From Desulfocapsa sulfexigens DSM 10523 (GTDB lineage Bacteria; Desulfobacterota; Desulfobulbia; Desulfobulbales; Desulfocapsaceae): 32,000 nucleotides of DNA. The notes beneath the pieces were generated by a model. The model was given only the letters and a program-made list of their open reading frames with translations, ran no database searches and was not told where the DNA came from. The stretch's first letter is position 1. Every line of letters begins with the position of its first letter. The stretch lies in contig NC_020304.1 in the NCBI RefSeq assembly GCF_000341395.1, forward strand, positions 3,720,001 through 3,752,000. The letters are read 5' to 3'. Of this stretch, positions 1 through 11,034 are shown piece by piece. The translations under genes were made by a program, and so were the position numbers.

Positions 1-669
<669 letters not shown>

Positions 670-794
670 AACGTAATATAATGTTTTCCGGCTTCCCCAT
701 AAAAATAATTTTGAAGACATCTCTGCTGGCTGATTTCCAGTTTTCAGATTTACAATCATCAGTTCAAAGCTGTTTTATACATTAGAGACATCCC

Positions 795-3236
795 ATGAAG
801 TTTACCCTTGATTGGTTAAAAGAATACGTTGACACCGGAGACCTGAGTCCGGAAGCTCTCTCGGAACACCTTACCATGTTAGGTCTTGAGGTCGACAGTG
901 TCACCCCCCTGTTCCCTGAACTACAGCCATTAAAAACGGCTAGAATACTTTCAGTGCAACCTCATCCAAATGCTGACAAACTGCAAATTTGTGAAGTAGC
1001 AGCAGGCGACGAAACCTTATCGATTGTTTGCGGCGCCCCCAACGCCCGTAAAGATTTGGTCACTGCCCTGGCACCTGTCGGCACTGTGATGCCCGACGGA
1101 ACAAAGATCAAGGCTTCTAAAGTTCGTGGTGTGAAATCCTCAGGCATGCTCTGTTCCGAAAAAGAGCTTGGATTAGGGGATTCTCACTCTGGTATTATGG
1201 AATTGCCAGCTGATACTGAACATGGCCTTTCCTTACTTGCCGCCCTTGGCATGGACGATCTGCTGGTTGAAGTCGACCTGACCCCGAATCGCCCCGATTG
1301 TGCTTCGGTTATCGGAATAGCAAGGGAGGTGGCTGGTATTACGAGAAATCAGCTCAAACTACCAGTGGAATCGGCAACGCTCAATCACTCCAATGAACAC
1401 TTTTCAGTTGATATTGAAAGTTCTGATTACAGTCCCCGCTATGCCGCAAAACTCATCAAAAATGTTACCATTGCTCCTTCTCCATGGTGGCTTCGCAAGC
1501 GTCTTCTATCCGTTGGGATGCGCCCTATTAACAACGTGGTAGATATTACAAATCTTGTCATGATGGAATACGGACAGCCACTCCATGCCTTTGATTATGA
1601 CAAGCTTTCAGGCAGACAGATTATTGTCCGTCATCCCAAAAATCAGGAAAAAACATTTACCACTCTCGATGGCCAGCAAAGAACACTTGAACCTGACATG
1701 CTCATGATCTGTGACGCCCAAGAGCCCATAGCAATAGCCGGTATCATGGGTGGAATGAATTCAGAAGTGAGTGACAGCACCACCTCAATCCTTCTGGAAA
1801 GCGCCTGTTTTAATGCCATATCCGTTCGTCGTACTGCCCGCAGACTTAAACTTGCCACGGAGGCATCCTATCGTTTTGAACGTGGGGTTGATCCAGGTGG
1901 CTGTGTTACTGCCATGGAACGAGCAGTCTCCCTCTTTTGTGAAGTAGCGGGAGGTAAGGCAGTTGATGGAGGCATCGATTATTACGGAGGCGTCTGTCCA
2001 CTCAACTCATTAAAACTGCGCATTTCAAAGACATCATCACTTCTAGGCATTAAACTTGACTATGACAGGATAGCCGATGTGCTCCAGTCCATAGGCATTC
2101 GCTGTAAGCCTAAAGACGCAGACACCATCTGGGTCAACCCTCCTACCTTCAGAATAGATATCGAACGTGAAGTTGATCTGATTGAAGAGGTAGCACGGCT
2201 TATTGGCTATAACAATATTCCAACCAGCCTGCCAACCGTCAAACTCAGTTACCCAGAACAGAATTCTCAACGACAGCTTCGAGCTCAAATTTCAAATCTG
2301 CTCGCTGATATAGGATTTTCAGAGGCAATTAACTACAGCTTTGTCACTGAAAAACATATCTCCATGATGCAGCTCACAGCTGAAGATAGCAGACGAGCGC
2401 AAGTCAGACTGCTCAATCCATTAAGTGAAGAACAGTCTGTTATGCGTACGATGGTTCTCCCCGGACTCCTTGAGAACCTGAAGCGAAACATCAACTTTCA
2501 AAACAATGCTGTCAAACTTTTTGAATTTGGAAAAGTGTTCACTCCTCAGGGTAAAAATGAACAGCCCATTGAAAAAGAACGGCTCACCTGTATTCTGTCT
2601 GGAAGGCGTTCCGGTCAGACAGCCTCATTGTACAGCAGCGAAGACGGAGTCGATATCTTTGATGCCAAAGGTACAACAGAGCTCCTTCTTGAAAAAATTC
2701 GTCTTCACGGCTGTGGCTCAAACAGTGTCACACTTCGTACCCCTGAAGAGTCAGAACTGGAATCCTACGCTGATCCTTCACAGTGTCTTATATTGGATTC
2801 TGAGAATGGACCTGTAGGCAAACTCGCAAGACTTCTACCTGAAATCGCCAAACACTTTGGCATTAAACAGGATATATTCTTCATTGATATTGACTTTGAG
2901 ATGCTTTGCAGTTTAAAAGCTGCAGCTAAAAACTTTTCATCATTACCTGTTTTTCCTTCTGTTAAAAGAGACATCGCTCTTCTTGTACCGGTTTCTGTCA
3001 GGGCAGGCGACCTTCTTGACACCATACGTGAGAGCAAGGAAGATTTTATTGAACATTGTGAAATTTTCGACGTATACCAAGGAAAACCACTTGATGCTGG
3101 AATGAAAAGTGTTGCTGTCTCTGTGACCTACCGCTCACCGAAAAAGACACTGACAGAGAAAAATGTTAATAAATCACATACCAAAATTATTAATTCACTG
3201 ACCTCCAGATTCAATGGAAGTTTGAGAGAAGGTTGA
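795..3236 (+). CDS. pheT: Phenylalanyl-tRNA synthetase beta subunit (813 aa)
   Basis: Full-length ORF with N-terminal tRNA-binding domain (HPNADKLQICEV), B3/B4 and B5 regions and C-terminal FDX-ACB domain; adjacent to pheS. Confidence 0.97.
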   Translation: MKFTLDWLKEYVDTGDLSPEALSEHLTMLGLEVDSVTPLFPELQPLKTARILSVQPHPNADKLQICEVAAGDETLSIVCGAPNARKDLVTALAPVGTVMPDGTKIKASKVRGVKSSGMLCSEKELGLGDSHSGIMELPADTEHGLSLLAALGMDDLLVEVDLTPNRPDCASVIGIAREVAGITRNQLKLPVESATLNHSNEHFSVDIESSDYSPRYAAKLIKNVTIAPSPWWLRKRLLSVGMRPINNVVDITNLVMMEYGQPLHAFDYDKLSGRQIIVRHPKNQEKTFTTLDGQQRTLEPDMLMICDAQEPIAIAGIMGGMNSEVSDSTTSILLESACFNAISVRRTARRLKLATEASYRFERGVDPGGCVTAMERAVSLFCEVAGGKAVDGGIDYYGGVCPLNSLKLRISKTSSLLGIKLDYDRIADVLQSIGIRCKPKDADTIWVNPPTFRIDIEREVDLIEEVARLIGYNNIPTSLPTVKLSYPEQNSQRQLRAQISNLLADIGFSEAINYSFVTEKHISMMQLTAEDSRRAQVRLLNPLSEEQSVMRTMVLPGLLENLKRNINFQNNAVKLFEFGKVFTPQGKNEQPIEKERLTCILSGRRSGQTASLYSSEDGVDIFDAKGTTELLLEKIRLHGCGSNSVTLRTPEESELESYADPSQCLILDSENGPVGKLARLLPEIAKHFGIKQDIFFIDIDFEMLCSLKAAAKNFSSLPVFPSVKRDIALLVPVSVRAGDLLDTIRESKEDFIEHCEIFDVYQGKPLDAGMKSVAVSVTYRSPKKTLTEKNVNKSHTKIINSLTSRFNGSLREG

Positions 3237-3237
3237 T

Positions 3238-3528
3238 ATGAACAAAGGTAATCTTACCCGCAAGGAACTGGCTGAAGCACTTACTACCCAACTTGGATAC
3301 TCCCAGAGCACCTGTTCAGAGTTGATTGATGCATTTCTGGATAGAATGAAGGACAGACTACTCGAGGGTGAGTCAATTAAGTTCGTCCATTTTGGCACAT
3401 TCAATGTTCGGGACAAGCAACCACGTCGTGGGCGTAACCCACGAACAGGTGAGACTATTACTATCAAACAGAGACAAATGATCTCTTTTCGTCCCAGTAA
3501 AAAGATGCGGGAACAGGTTAACGAATAA
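3238..3528 (+). CDS. ihfA: Integration host factor alpha-type / HU-family DNA-binding protein
   Basis: 96 aa with the HU/IHF signature (FGTFNVRDKQPRRGRNPRTGETITI); the pheST-ihfA order is classical. Confidence 0.9.
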   Translation: MNKGNLTRKELAEALTTQLGYSQSTCSELIDAFLDRMKDRLLEGESIKFVHFGTFNVRDKQPRRGRNPRTGETITIKQRQMISFRPSKKMREQVNE

Positions 3529-3556
3529 TTTATTCTATGGGAGAATCAGTACCTGA

Positions 3557-3904
3557 ATGAGCCCAGAAATCCCCGACAAGCTTTATTTCAAAATCGGTGA
3601 AGTCAGTAAACTCGCCTCTGTGGCTCCCCATGTTCTCAGATACTGGGAAAGCGAATTTAAAGAAATACAACCTAAACGCGCCAACTCAAATCAACGGCTA
3701 TACAAACGCAATGATGTTGAAATTATTCTGTTGATTAAGACCCTTCTTCACGAACAGGGCTACACCCTGGCAGGGGCAAAAAAATTTCTTTCAGAAAAGA
3801 GTGAAGCCCCATTTGTTGCAAAGGTAACACATGCAACAAACCACCTTGAAACAATAAAGAAAGAGCTCCTGGTCGTTAAAAATATTTTACAGGAAAAAGA
3901 GTAG
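3557..3904 (+). CDS. MerR-family helix-turn-helix transcriptional regulator
   Basis: YFKIGEVSKLASVAPHVLRYWESEFKEIQPKRANSNQRLYKRNDVEII matches a MerR winged HTH; located after ihfA as in many proteobacteria. Confidence 0.85.
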   Translation: MSPEIPDKLYFKIGEVSKLASVAPHVLRYWESEFKEIQPKRANSNQRLYKRNDVEIILLIKTLLHEQGYTLAGAKKFLSEKSEAPFVAKVTHATNHLETIKKELLVVKNILQEKE

Positions 3905-3972
3905 CAAAGCCACATTCACTGTCGACCATTTATTGACAGCCTCTTTCCTCCGTGGTAGAAAGTATCGAATTT

Positions 3973-4049
3973 CGGAACGTAGCGCAGCCTGGTAGCGCAC
4001 TTGTCTGGGGGACAAGTGGTCGGAGGTTCAAATCCTCTCGTTCCGACCA
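3973..4049 (+). tRNA. tRNA-Pro (anticodon GGG)
   Basis: Acceptor CGGAACG/CGTTCCG, anticodon stem-loop CTTGT-CTGGGGG-ACAAG, T arm CGGAGGTTCAAATCCTCTCG and encoded 3' ACCA. 77 nt cloverleaf by eye. Confidence 0.96.
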
Positions 4050-4057
4050 GTCATATC

Positions 4058-4091
4058 AACCACTTACAGGCTAACTGTAAGTGGTTTTTTT
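4058..4091 (+). terminator. Rho-independent terminator downstream of tRNA-Pro
   Basis: 12-bp perfect inverted repeat AACCACTTACAG-GCTAA-CTGTAAGTGGTT followed by a T run. Confidence 0.9.
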
Positions 4092-4137
4092 GTTAGTAGC
4101 TTATTATGTTCAGACACACATAAAACAGGGAGCCACC

Positions 4138-4377
4138 ATGTTTTTTAGAGTTATTGCCTTTCTTGTTGGACTTATAGCTGTAATTTCGGGACTCCAGAAT
4201 TACGACAGTGACGTAGCTACCTCCCCTCTCCCGCTAATTCTTGGCGGTCTTGTGATGTTAATTGCAATATTCAACCTCATCCCTCAATTGAAACGATGCT
4301 CTTCCTGCCGAAAGAGACTCCCCAAGAAAGCGAAAACCTGTCCTTTCTGTAAGCAAGACCAGCCTCCACAGGAATAA
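4138..4377 (+). CDS. Small membrane protein with C-terminal zinc-ribbon (CxxC...CxxC)
   Basis: From ATG 4138: MFFRVIAFLVGLIAVISG...LKRCSSCRKRLPKKAKTCPFCKQDQPPQE; two hydrophobic segments plus paired CxxC. The ORF-track start at 4081 would place the N-terminus over the tRNA terminator, so 4138 is preferred. Confidence 0.65.
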   Translation: MFFRVIAFLVGLIAVISGLQNYDSDVATSPLPLILGGLVMLIAIFNLIPQLKRCSSCRKRLPKKAKTCPFCKQDQPPQE

Positions 4378-4595
4378 TCTCAGTTTCCAGCTGCCGTAAT
4401 TTTCAAGATACATAAAAAATGCCAGGTAGCTGTGAGGCACAGTCACTCAGTCGCTTCTGTGCTTTGCATGTCAGAAACAACTAAAACTGCTCATTTGCTA
4501 AACAATTTCTCACAGCTTACCGAAAAGAAAAAGAAAACCAAGCTTAGAGTGAGAATACCATGCAATCTGTAATTAGATTCAACAAAGAGTGATAG

Positions 4596-4901
4596 ATGCA
4601 ATTCTGTAAAGACTGCGGAGGGGTGCTCAATCTTTTTGGAAACAATACATCTGAACTCTGCTCGTCCTGTATCCAACATAAAAAAAAACCGGAAACTGCT
4701 CCCCCCACTCTTCAGCAGGATAATGACGATTTACTCGCTGAATGCATACTTACGGTGAAAAACGGTAAAATCATCCTCAGTTCTAAAGAAGGCTGGCAAC
4801 TATGGAGCGCCCCCCTGGACAGTCAGACAAATCTGGGTTCAATGCTTAAATCAGCAAAGCTTATATATGGCATTCGCAGTAATCGTAAAAAGAAACCATA
4901 G
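4596..4901 (+). CDS. Hypothetical protein with N-terminal CxxC pairs
   Basis: 101 aa ORF, MQFCKDCGGVLNLFGNNTSELCSSC...; zinc-ribbon-like N-terminus; immediately upstream of the MinD-like gene. Confidence 0.55.
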   Translation: MQFCKDCGGVLNLFGNNTSELCSSCIQHKKKPETAPPTLQQDNDDLLAECILTVKNGKIILSSKEGWQLWSAPLDSQTNLGSMLKSAKLIYGIRSNRKKKP

Positions 4902-4940
4902 AAGTTTAACAAATTTCGTAACCAACCAACAACCAGATAT

Positions 4941-5846
4941 ATGACAGTCACCATTTCCATAGGCTCCGGAAAAGGAGGTACCGGCAAGACGATGCTTCTC
5001 TGCAATCTTGCATTCCTCCTCGCCAGAAGTGGAAAGAAGGTGTGTCTCGTTGATCTTGACATCGGTGGTGCCGATGCCCACATCCTTTTCGGCCTCTTTG
5101 AACCTAAACACACCATTACGGATTTCCTGAATCGTAAGGTTGACACACTTAAAGATGTCGTTCATACCCTGTATGCCTTTAATGGTCTCCAGATCATCCC
5201 CGGAACCGGCAACACCCTGCAAACAGCAAATATGAGTTATCAGGAAAAGCAGCGCCTCCTGCGTAGCATATCTGCTCTTGATGCAGATGTTGTTCTTCTG
5301 GATGTTGGTGCTGGAGCAAGCTACCACACCCTCGATTTTTTCATGTCTGGCGATATACAAATCTGTGTTACTCTACCAGAACCAACCTCGATAATGGATT
5401 TCTATAGTTTTCTGCAATTGGCGACCATCCGCAAGGTACTCGGAAGCTTTCTCTCTCACAGCGATGTTGGAAATACTTTAAAAAAACAAAACTTTTCTTC
5501 ACTGGCTGAAGTTTTTGCACTTGCAGAATCAACACAACCCGGGGCAAAAAAAAAGGCCCAGCAGGCATTGCATTACTTTCATCCCTTGCTGGTTATTAAC
5601 AGGGATATTCAAAACACCAAGGTAAACAAGAAAAAACTCAAACAATTGGTGGCCAAATATCTTGGAATCGATATCCCTTCACTCGGTGAAATCCCCGAAG
5701 ACACCGCAATCAAGGATGCATTGAAGGCATATATCCCCGTATGTGAGCTTTACCCAGATTCTCCTGCAGCTAAGGCAATTGCACAAATAGCAGCTAAAAT
5801 AGAAAAAATCCTTGAGCTATTTTCAAAAACAAGCTCCTCTACCTGA
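4941..5846 (+). CDS. MinD/ParA-family ATPase (FlhG/MinD-like)
   Basis: Deviant Walker A GSGKGGTGKTMLLCNLAFLLA, VDLDIGGADAH, VVLLDVGAG. Confidence 0.88.
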   Translation: MTVTISIGSGKGGTGKTMLLCNLAFLLARSGKKVCLVDLDIGGADAHILFGLFEPKHTITDFLNRKVDTLKDVVHTLYAFNGLQIIPGTGNTLQTANMSYQEKQRLLRSISALDADVVLLDVGAGASYHTLDFFMSGDIQICVTLPEPTSIMDFYSFLQLATIRKVLGSFLSHSDVGNTLKKQNFSSLAEVFALAESTQPGAKKKAQQALHYFHPLLVINRDIQNTKVNKKKLKQLVAKYLGIDIPSLGEIPEDTAIKDALKAYIPVCELYPDSPAAKAIAQIAAKIEKILELFSKTSSST

Positions 5847-6043
5847 ACCTGACAATCCATTCAGCAACATGCACAACCCGGAAATTCATTCCAAATATCT
5901 ATTTTTTTTGACTCAACTCCGTTCGCAGCTTGACAGAATATTTTTTATTAAGTATTTTTCTTTGTTTTTCTATCATGTTTTCAGCTACTCCATTCCAAAA
6001 GAAAACGGAATGAGTCACCTGAAAGACTAATAAAATACTTTTA

Positions 6044-6070
6044 TTGGTAATATTTTCGATCTATTACCAA
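6044..6070. repeat. Perfect 9-bp inverted repeat upstream of ffh
   Basis: TTGGTAATA-ttttcgatc-TATTACCAA, 28 bp before the ffh ATG. Confidence 0.7.
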
Positions 6071-6098
6071 CTAAACAACGGCAAGTAAAAAAACTGAT

Positions 6099-7451
6099 AT
6101 GTTTGACAATCTGACAGACCGGCTGGAAGGTGTTTTCAAAAAACTTCGTGGCACCGGCAAACTCACTGAAGAGAATATCAAAGAATCCATGCAGGAAGTA
6201 CGTATGGCTCTTCTTGAGGCAGATGTTAACTTTCAAGTCGTTAAGGATTTCATTGCCAAAGTCAGTGAAAAGGCCGTTGGCCTTGAAGTTACCAAGACAC
6301 TCTCCCCTGGACAACAGGTTATTAAAATTGTCCACGATGAGCTGGTTGAACTTCTTGGCGGTACAACCGAACAGATTCGTCTTGATGGTCGCCAACCCGT
6401 AACCATCATGATGACAGGTCTTCAAGGATCTGGTAAGACCACCACATCCGGAAAACTTGCAAAGATATTAAAAGAAAAAGGAAGAAAGCCTTATCTTGTG
6501 CCGGCTGACATTTATCGACCAGCGGCAATTGACCAGCTTCAGGTGTTAGGAGAACGACTGGATATTCCTGTTCATCCGTCAACCACCGATATGAAACCGG
6601 TTGAGATCTGTCGTCAGGCAATGACCGTGGCAGGACAGAAAGGTTATGACACCCTTATATTCGATACTGCAGGTCGACTGCACGTTGATGAAGCCCTGAT
6701 GGGTGAACTCAAAGAGATCCAGAGTGCAATCCAACTCTCCGAGATTCTCTTTGTTGCCGATTCGATGACAGGCCAGGATGCGGTAACTGTCGCCGAAAAG
6801 TTCAATCAGGATCTGGAAATAAGCGGTGTAGTGCTCACCAAGATGGAAGGTGACGCCCGTGGTGGTGCCGCCCTTTCCATTAAAAGTGTCACTGGTAAGC
6901 CGATCAAATTTGTGGGTATCGGGGAAGCACTTGATGCTCTGGAAGTTTTCCATCCCGATCGTATTGCTTCAAGAATCCTTGGTATGGGTGACGTTCTCAC
7001 TCTTATTGAGAAAGCTGAAGCTGTAGTTGACAAAAAGAAGGCTGAAAAGCTCGCTAAAAAGCTCAGGCAATCCACCTTTACCCTTGAAGATTTCCTGGAT
7101 CAAATCCAACAGATTAAAAAAATGGGTTCCCTTGACCAGATCATGGGGATGATACCAGGCATCAACAAGCTTAAGCAATTAAAAGACGCTCCAAAGCCGG
7201 ACGAGAAGGAACTGGCAAAGACTGAAGCCATCATCCGCTCCATGACAAAAAAAGAGCGTCAAAGTTATAAAATCATCAATGCCAGTCGCAGACAACGTAT
7301 TGCCGCTGGATCTGGAACAACTGTTACAGAAGTCAACCGGGTTATTAAAAGCTACTCGGCAATGCTTAAGATGATGAAAAAGATGCGTGGAAAGCCGGGT
7401 CTCGTAACCGGACAGAAGCGGAGAAAAGTGCCGAAGGGCATGCGAAGATAA
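6099..7451 (+). CDS. ffh: Signal recognition particle protein Ffh (SRP54)
   Basis: NG-domain G motifs (GLQGSGKTTTSGKLA, DTAGRLHVDE, TKMEGDARGG) and methionine-rich C-terminal M domain. Confidence 0.97.
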   Translation: MFDNLTDRLEGVFKKLRGTGKLTEENIKESMQEVRMALLEADVNFQVVKDFIAKVSEKAVGLEVTKTLSPGQQVIKIVHDELVELLGGTTEQIRLDGRQPVTIMMTGLQGSGKTTTSGKLAKILKEKGRKPYLVPADIYRPAAIDQLQVLGERLDIPVHPSTTDMKPVEICRQAMTVAGQKGYDTLIFDTAGRLHVDEALMGELKEIQSAIQLSEILFVADSMTGQDAVTVAEKFNQDLEISGVVLTKMEGDARGGAALSIKSVTGKPIKFVGIGEALDALEVFHPDRIASRILGMGDVLTLIEKAEAVVDKKKAEKLAKKLRQSTFTLEDFLDQIQQIKKMGSLDQIMGMIPGINKLKQLKDAPKPDEKELAKTEAIIRSMTKKERQSYKIINASRRQRIAAGSGTTVTEVNRVIKSYSAMLKMMKKMRGKPGLVTGQKRRKVPKGMRR

Positions 7452-7528
7452 TAATAGAGAAGATGGCATAATGCCATATTCATGGGGCCAGCTTACGTGC
7501 TCCACATAAACCTGAGGATATATCCGGA

Positions 7529-7774
7529 ATGGCAGTTAGAATTCGTTTAACAAGACTTGGCAGAAAGAAGAAACCATTTTATCGTATCGTTGTCGCGGAT
7601 GCTGAATGCAAACGTGATGGCAAATTTCTTGATGTGATCGGAACCTATGATCCTCTCACGGATCCTGTCGCGATCAAACTTGACAATACCAAGCTTCAGG
7701 ATTGGCTCGGAAGAGGTGCCCTGCCAACAACAACTGTAAAGAGTATTCTCAAGAAAGCTCCAGTGGCCGAGTAA
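7529..7774 (+). CDS. rpsP: Ribosomal protein bS16
   Basis: MAVRIRLTRLGRKKKPFYRIVVADAECKRDGKFLDVIGTYDP. Confidence 0.97.
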   Translation: MAVRIRLTRLGRKKKPFYRIVVADAECKRDGKFLDVIGTYDPLTDPVAIKLDNTKLQDWLGRGALPTTTVKSILKKAPVAE

Positions 7775-7780
7775 CCGATT

Positions 7781-8011
7781 ATGCAGGAACTGATCTCCTT
7801 TATCGCCAGATCTCTGGTAGATAAGCCGGATGATGTACAGGTAACTGTCACTGAGGAAGATGATACTATTCTGGTTGATCTGGTTGTAGCCAAAGAGGAT
7901 CTTGGAAAGGTGATCGGAAAACAGGGCAGAACAGCGAGGGCTATGCGTTCCCTGCTTTCTGCTGCTGCAGGCAAGGAAGACAAAAAGTCACGCCTCAACA
8001 TTCTGGAATAA
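7781..8011 (+). CDS. khpA: KH-domain RNA-binding protein
   Basis: 76 aa, KH motif VIGKQGRTARAMRSLL; conserved position between rpsP and rimM. Confidence 0.9.
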   Translation: MQELISFIARSLVDKPDDVQVTVTEEDDTILVDLVVAKEDLGKVIGKQGRTARAMRSLLSAAAGKEDKKSRLNILE

Positions 8012-8021
8012 CTCCTGGAAA

Positions 8022-8594
8022 ATGGCTGACAGCTTTCCCTTTGAAAAAGAGAAGTATGTGTTGATTGGTAAGGTAACTAAGGCTCATGGCATCAAGGGTG
8101 AGTTGAAGATGCATGCCTACTCCGGAGAATTGCAAAGCGTTACCCGGCACAAAAAACTCATACTGGTTTCAAGGGATGGTCTGATTACTCCTATGCAGGT
8201 TGTTCAGGCACGTATTGGGAACAGGGACGCAATTGTTTCACTTGAGGGAGTGTCTGACCGAAACCAATCCGAAGCACTTTGCGGTATGGGAGTACTTGTA
8301 TGCAAAGAAGATCTTCCAACCCCAGACGCCGATGAGTTTTATCTTCATGAGCTTGAGGGACTTGAGGTGCGGACAACGGAGGGAAGCATTGTTGGAACGG
8401 TAGAGGCCTTTTCCAACAACGGGGCACAGGATCTCCTGGTTGTAAAGTCAGGTAGAAATGAGGTGCTGATACCTCTTATTCCCGGAATGATCACGGAAAA
8501 GAATAAGAAGTACCTGATCATAGCCCCACCGCCAGGCCTGATTGAAATAAACTCGGGAGAGGATATTAAGGGGGCTGTTCCCCGTGATCTTTGA
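8022..8594 (+). CDS. rimM: 16S rRNA processing protein RimM
   Basis: [20 protein letters not shown]... and [28 protein letters not shown]; gene-order context. Confidence 0.93.
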   Translation: MADSFPFEKEKYVLIGKVTKAHGIKGELKMHAYSGELQSVTRHKKLILVSRDGLITPMQVVQARIGNRDAIVSLEGVSDRNQSEALCGMGVLVCKEDLPTPDADEFYLHELEGLEVRTTEGSIVGTVEAFSNNGAQDLLVVKSGRNEVLIPLIPGMITEKNKKYLIIAPPPGLIEINSGEDIKGAVPRDL

Positions 8595-9345
8595 TATACT
8601 GACAATTTTTCCTGATTTGCTTGAATCACCGCTGAATGAAGCAATTATTCGTCGGGCACGCGAAGCAGATCAGGTGCATATAGAAATAACTAATATTCGA
8701 GACTTTGCCACGGACAGACACTCCATGACCGATGACCGGCCATTTGGAGGTGGTGAAGGTATGGTGATGAAGCCAGAACCGCTCAGTGCTGCTCTTGCTT
8801 CGGTTAACCAGAAAAACGAATCAGGCAGGGTTGTACTCCTCAGTCCACAGGGCAGACAGTACACTCAGGAAATTGCCAGGGAACTCAGTCGCGAAAAGCA
8901 TCTTATCCTGGTTTGTGGCCGTTATGAAGGAGTGGATGAACGCTTCAGAAGTGCAAGTGTTGATGATGAACTCTCCATTGGTGACTATATTCTCACCGGA
9001 GGAGAACTTGCAGCCATGGTCATTATTGACTCCGTGACCAGATTGTTACCAGGTGTTTTAGGATGTGCTGATTCTGCCAAAAAAGATACCTTCAGCCGAC
9101 GATTATTGAAGCACCCTCAATACACACGGCCAAGAGTTTTTGAAGGTAGAGAAATTCCTGAAATATTGCTTTCAGGTGATCATGCCAAAATTGAAGAGTA
9201 TCGTTTTGTAGAGTCCGTTAAAAGGACTCTGGATCGCAGGCCTGATTTATTGCGAAAAGAGTTTGGATCATTCAGCAGGATAGAAGCAAAATTGCTTCGC
9301 AAACATCAGCTTTATGATATAATAAAAGCGTTGCAAGAACAATGA
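8584..9345 (+). CDS. trmD: tRNA (guanine37-N1)-methyltransferase TrmD
   Basis: [51 protein letters not shown]; GTG start overlapping rimM. Confidence 0.97.
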   Translation: MIFDILTIFPDLLESPLNEAIIRRAREADQVHIEITNIRDFATDRHSMTDDRPFGGGEGMVMKPEPLSAALASVNQKNESGRVVLLSPQGRQYTQEIARELSREKHLILVCGRYEGVDERFRSASVDDELSIGDYILTGGELAAMVIIDSVTRLLPGVLGCADSAKKDTFSRRLLKHPQYTRPRVFEGREIPEILLSGDHAKIEEYRFVESVKRTLDRRPDLLRKEFGSFSRIEAKLLRKHQLYDIIKALQEQ

Positions 9346-9908
9346 AGACAAACCAGAGCGGGTTAGACATTGTTCTTGTTCACCACCCCGTAGTCAATAA
9401 GGTTGGCGAGATTATCGGATCAGCCGTAACCAATCTCGATATCCATGATATTGCACGGGCTGGCAAAACATACGGTGTGGACAACTACTATATCGTCACA
9501 CCCTATGAGGACCAGCATAAACTGGTCGCTGAGATACTTGAACACTGGGATAGTGGTCATGGTGCGAAATACAACCCTGCTCGAAAGGAAGCCCTTGAAC
9601 TTGTCACCCTTGCTGACAGTCTTGAACGAGTGGTTGAAATGGTTACTGAAAAACGTGGCCATAAACCTCTACTGCTTTCGACAAGCGCCAGGACTCAGGA
9701 AAAGACGTTAAGTTATACAGATGTTCGTGCCAGGATCAGAGCGAAAGAATCCTTACTCCTTCTCTTTGGAACAGCGCATGGACTTGCCCCGGAGGTTATG
9801 GAGACAACAGATTACTGTATCCCTCCTGTTGGCGCGAATAGTGGCTACAATCATCTCTCTGTACGCTCGGCAGTATCGATCATACTTGATCGGCTCCTCG
9901 GTGTATGA
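9342..9908 (+). CDS. Putative SAM-dependent (SPOUT-like) RNA methyltransferase
   Basis: 188 aa ORF, ATGA overlap with trm[47 protein letters not shown] resembles the methyltransferase-like protein often found between trmD and rplS; family assigned from memory. Confidence 0.75.
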   Translation: MKTNQSGLDIVLVHHPVVNKVGEIIGSAVTNLDIHDIARAGKTYGVDNYYIVTPYEDQHKLVAEILEHWDSGHGAKYNPARKEALELVTLADSLERVVEMVTEKRGHKPLLLSTSARTQEKTLSYTDVRARIRAKESLLLLFGTAHGLAPEVMETTDYCIPPVGANSGYNHLSVRSAVSIILDRLLGV

Positions 9909-9989
9909 AAGAAGGTTAATTTTATTTACATTACATATATGAGCAGCTGCATAAAGCAGCATCATTATTGATAAACAACGGAAAATATC

Positions 9990-10343
9990 ATGAGCACAAT
10001 TATTGACAGAATTGAAATGGAACAGATGCGTCAGGATCACCCAGATTTTCGTCCCGGTGATACGGTTAAAGTATATATTCGTATTATTGAGGGTGCAAAA
10101 GAGCGTGTCCAGATCTTTCAAGGCGTAGTTATAAAACGCAAAAAAGCAAACATGGGTGCATCCTACACCGTTCGCAAGATATCCCACGGTGTTGGTGTGG
10201 AAAAAACATTTGCACTGCACAATCCTCGTATTGAAAAAATTGAAGTTGTAAGCCGTGGACGAGTTCGTCAATCCCGTCTCTACTACCTTCGTGGGAGACG
10301 TGGTAAAGCTGCACGTATCCGCGAGCGCGGCATTGTGCGTTAA
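9990..10343 (+). CDS. rplS: Ribosomal protein bL19
   Basis: [32 protein letters not shown]...[11 protein letters not shown]. Confidence 0.97.
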   Translation: MSTIIDRIEMEQMRQDHPDFRPGDTVKVYIRIIEGAKERVQIFQGVVIKRKKANMGASYTVRKISHGVGVEKTFALHNPRIEKIEVVSRGRVRQSRLYYLRGRRGKAARIRERGIVR

Positions 10344-11034
10344 AACGAATACGCCCAAAAAGAAAATCTCGTCTTTCAAACAGCTACCGGATTCACTTCT
10401 GGCTCTGTTTGATCCTCCCCGGGACGATAATTATTTTCTCGAACGAACTCTGCAACAACAGGGCTATCCTGTTGTTGCAGGGCTCGACGAGGTTGGTCGA
10501 GGCCCTCTGGCAGGACCTGTCGTTGCCGCAGCAGTGATACTCCCTTCAAACTGCCAGCATTCCCTCTTTATCGACTCTAAAAAGCTCACTCCGAAGAAAC
10601 GTCAGCTACTCTTTGAGTATCTTTATGAAATACCTGCTCACATTGGTATTGGTATTGTCTCTCATAAAATCATAGACAAAATTAATATTTTGCAGGCCTC
10701 ACTCCTTGCCATGAAACGTGGCGTGAATGAACTTACAAAACTAAAGGTTGTACCCGACTTCCTTCTTGTGGATGGAAAATTTCCTATCCCCACGCGAACG
10801 CCCCAACAGCCATTAATCAAGGGTGAAACACGATCGGCCTCCATTGCTGCGGCCTCTATTGTTGCAAAGGTTACCCGTGATAGAATCATGGCTGAACTGC
10901 ACAGCAAATACCCTCACTACAATTTCATTAAAAACCAGGGTTACCCTACAAGAGAGCACCGCTCGGCCATTTCATCCCATGGTATCACTCCCCATCATCG
11001 CGTGACATTCAGAGGGGTGAAGGAATTTGTCTAA
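10333..11034 (+). CDS. rnhB: Ribonuclease HII
   Basis: [35 protein letters not shown]; conserved after rplS. The track start at 10255 would overlap rplS by 89 nt; a TTG at 10333 in the same frame is a likelier start (start uncertain). Confidence 0.93.
   Translation: MCVKTNTPKKKISSFKQLPDSLLALFDPPRDDNYFLERTLQQQGYPVVAGLDEVGRGPLAGPVVAAAVILPSNCQHSLFIDSKKLTPKKRQLLFEYLYEIPAHIGIGIVSHKIIDKINILQASLLAMKRGVNELTKLKVVPDFLLVDGKFPIPTRTPQQPLIKGETRSASIAAASIVAKVTRDRIMAELHSKYPHYNFIKNQGYPTREHRSAISSHGITPHHRVTFRGVKEFV

Noticed and set aside
4401-4595. Possible weak hairpin GCACAG...CTGTGC between the two zinc-ribbon ORFs
   Set aside because: Only 6 bp with a long loop and no T tract; expected by chance.
5812-6030. 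72-aa ORF between the MinD-like gene and ffh
   Set aside because: Overlaps the 3' end of the ATPase gene, covers AT-rich sequence and the imperfect inverted repeat; no recognisable domain or SD.
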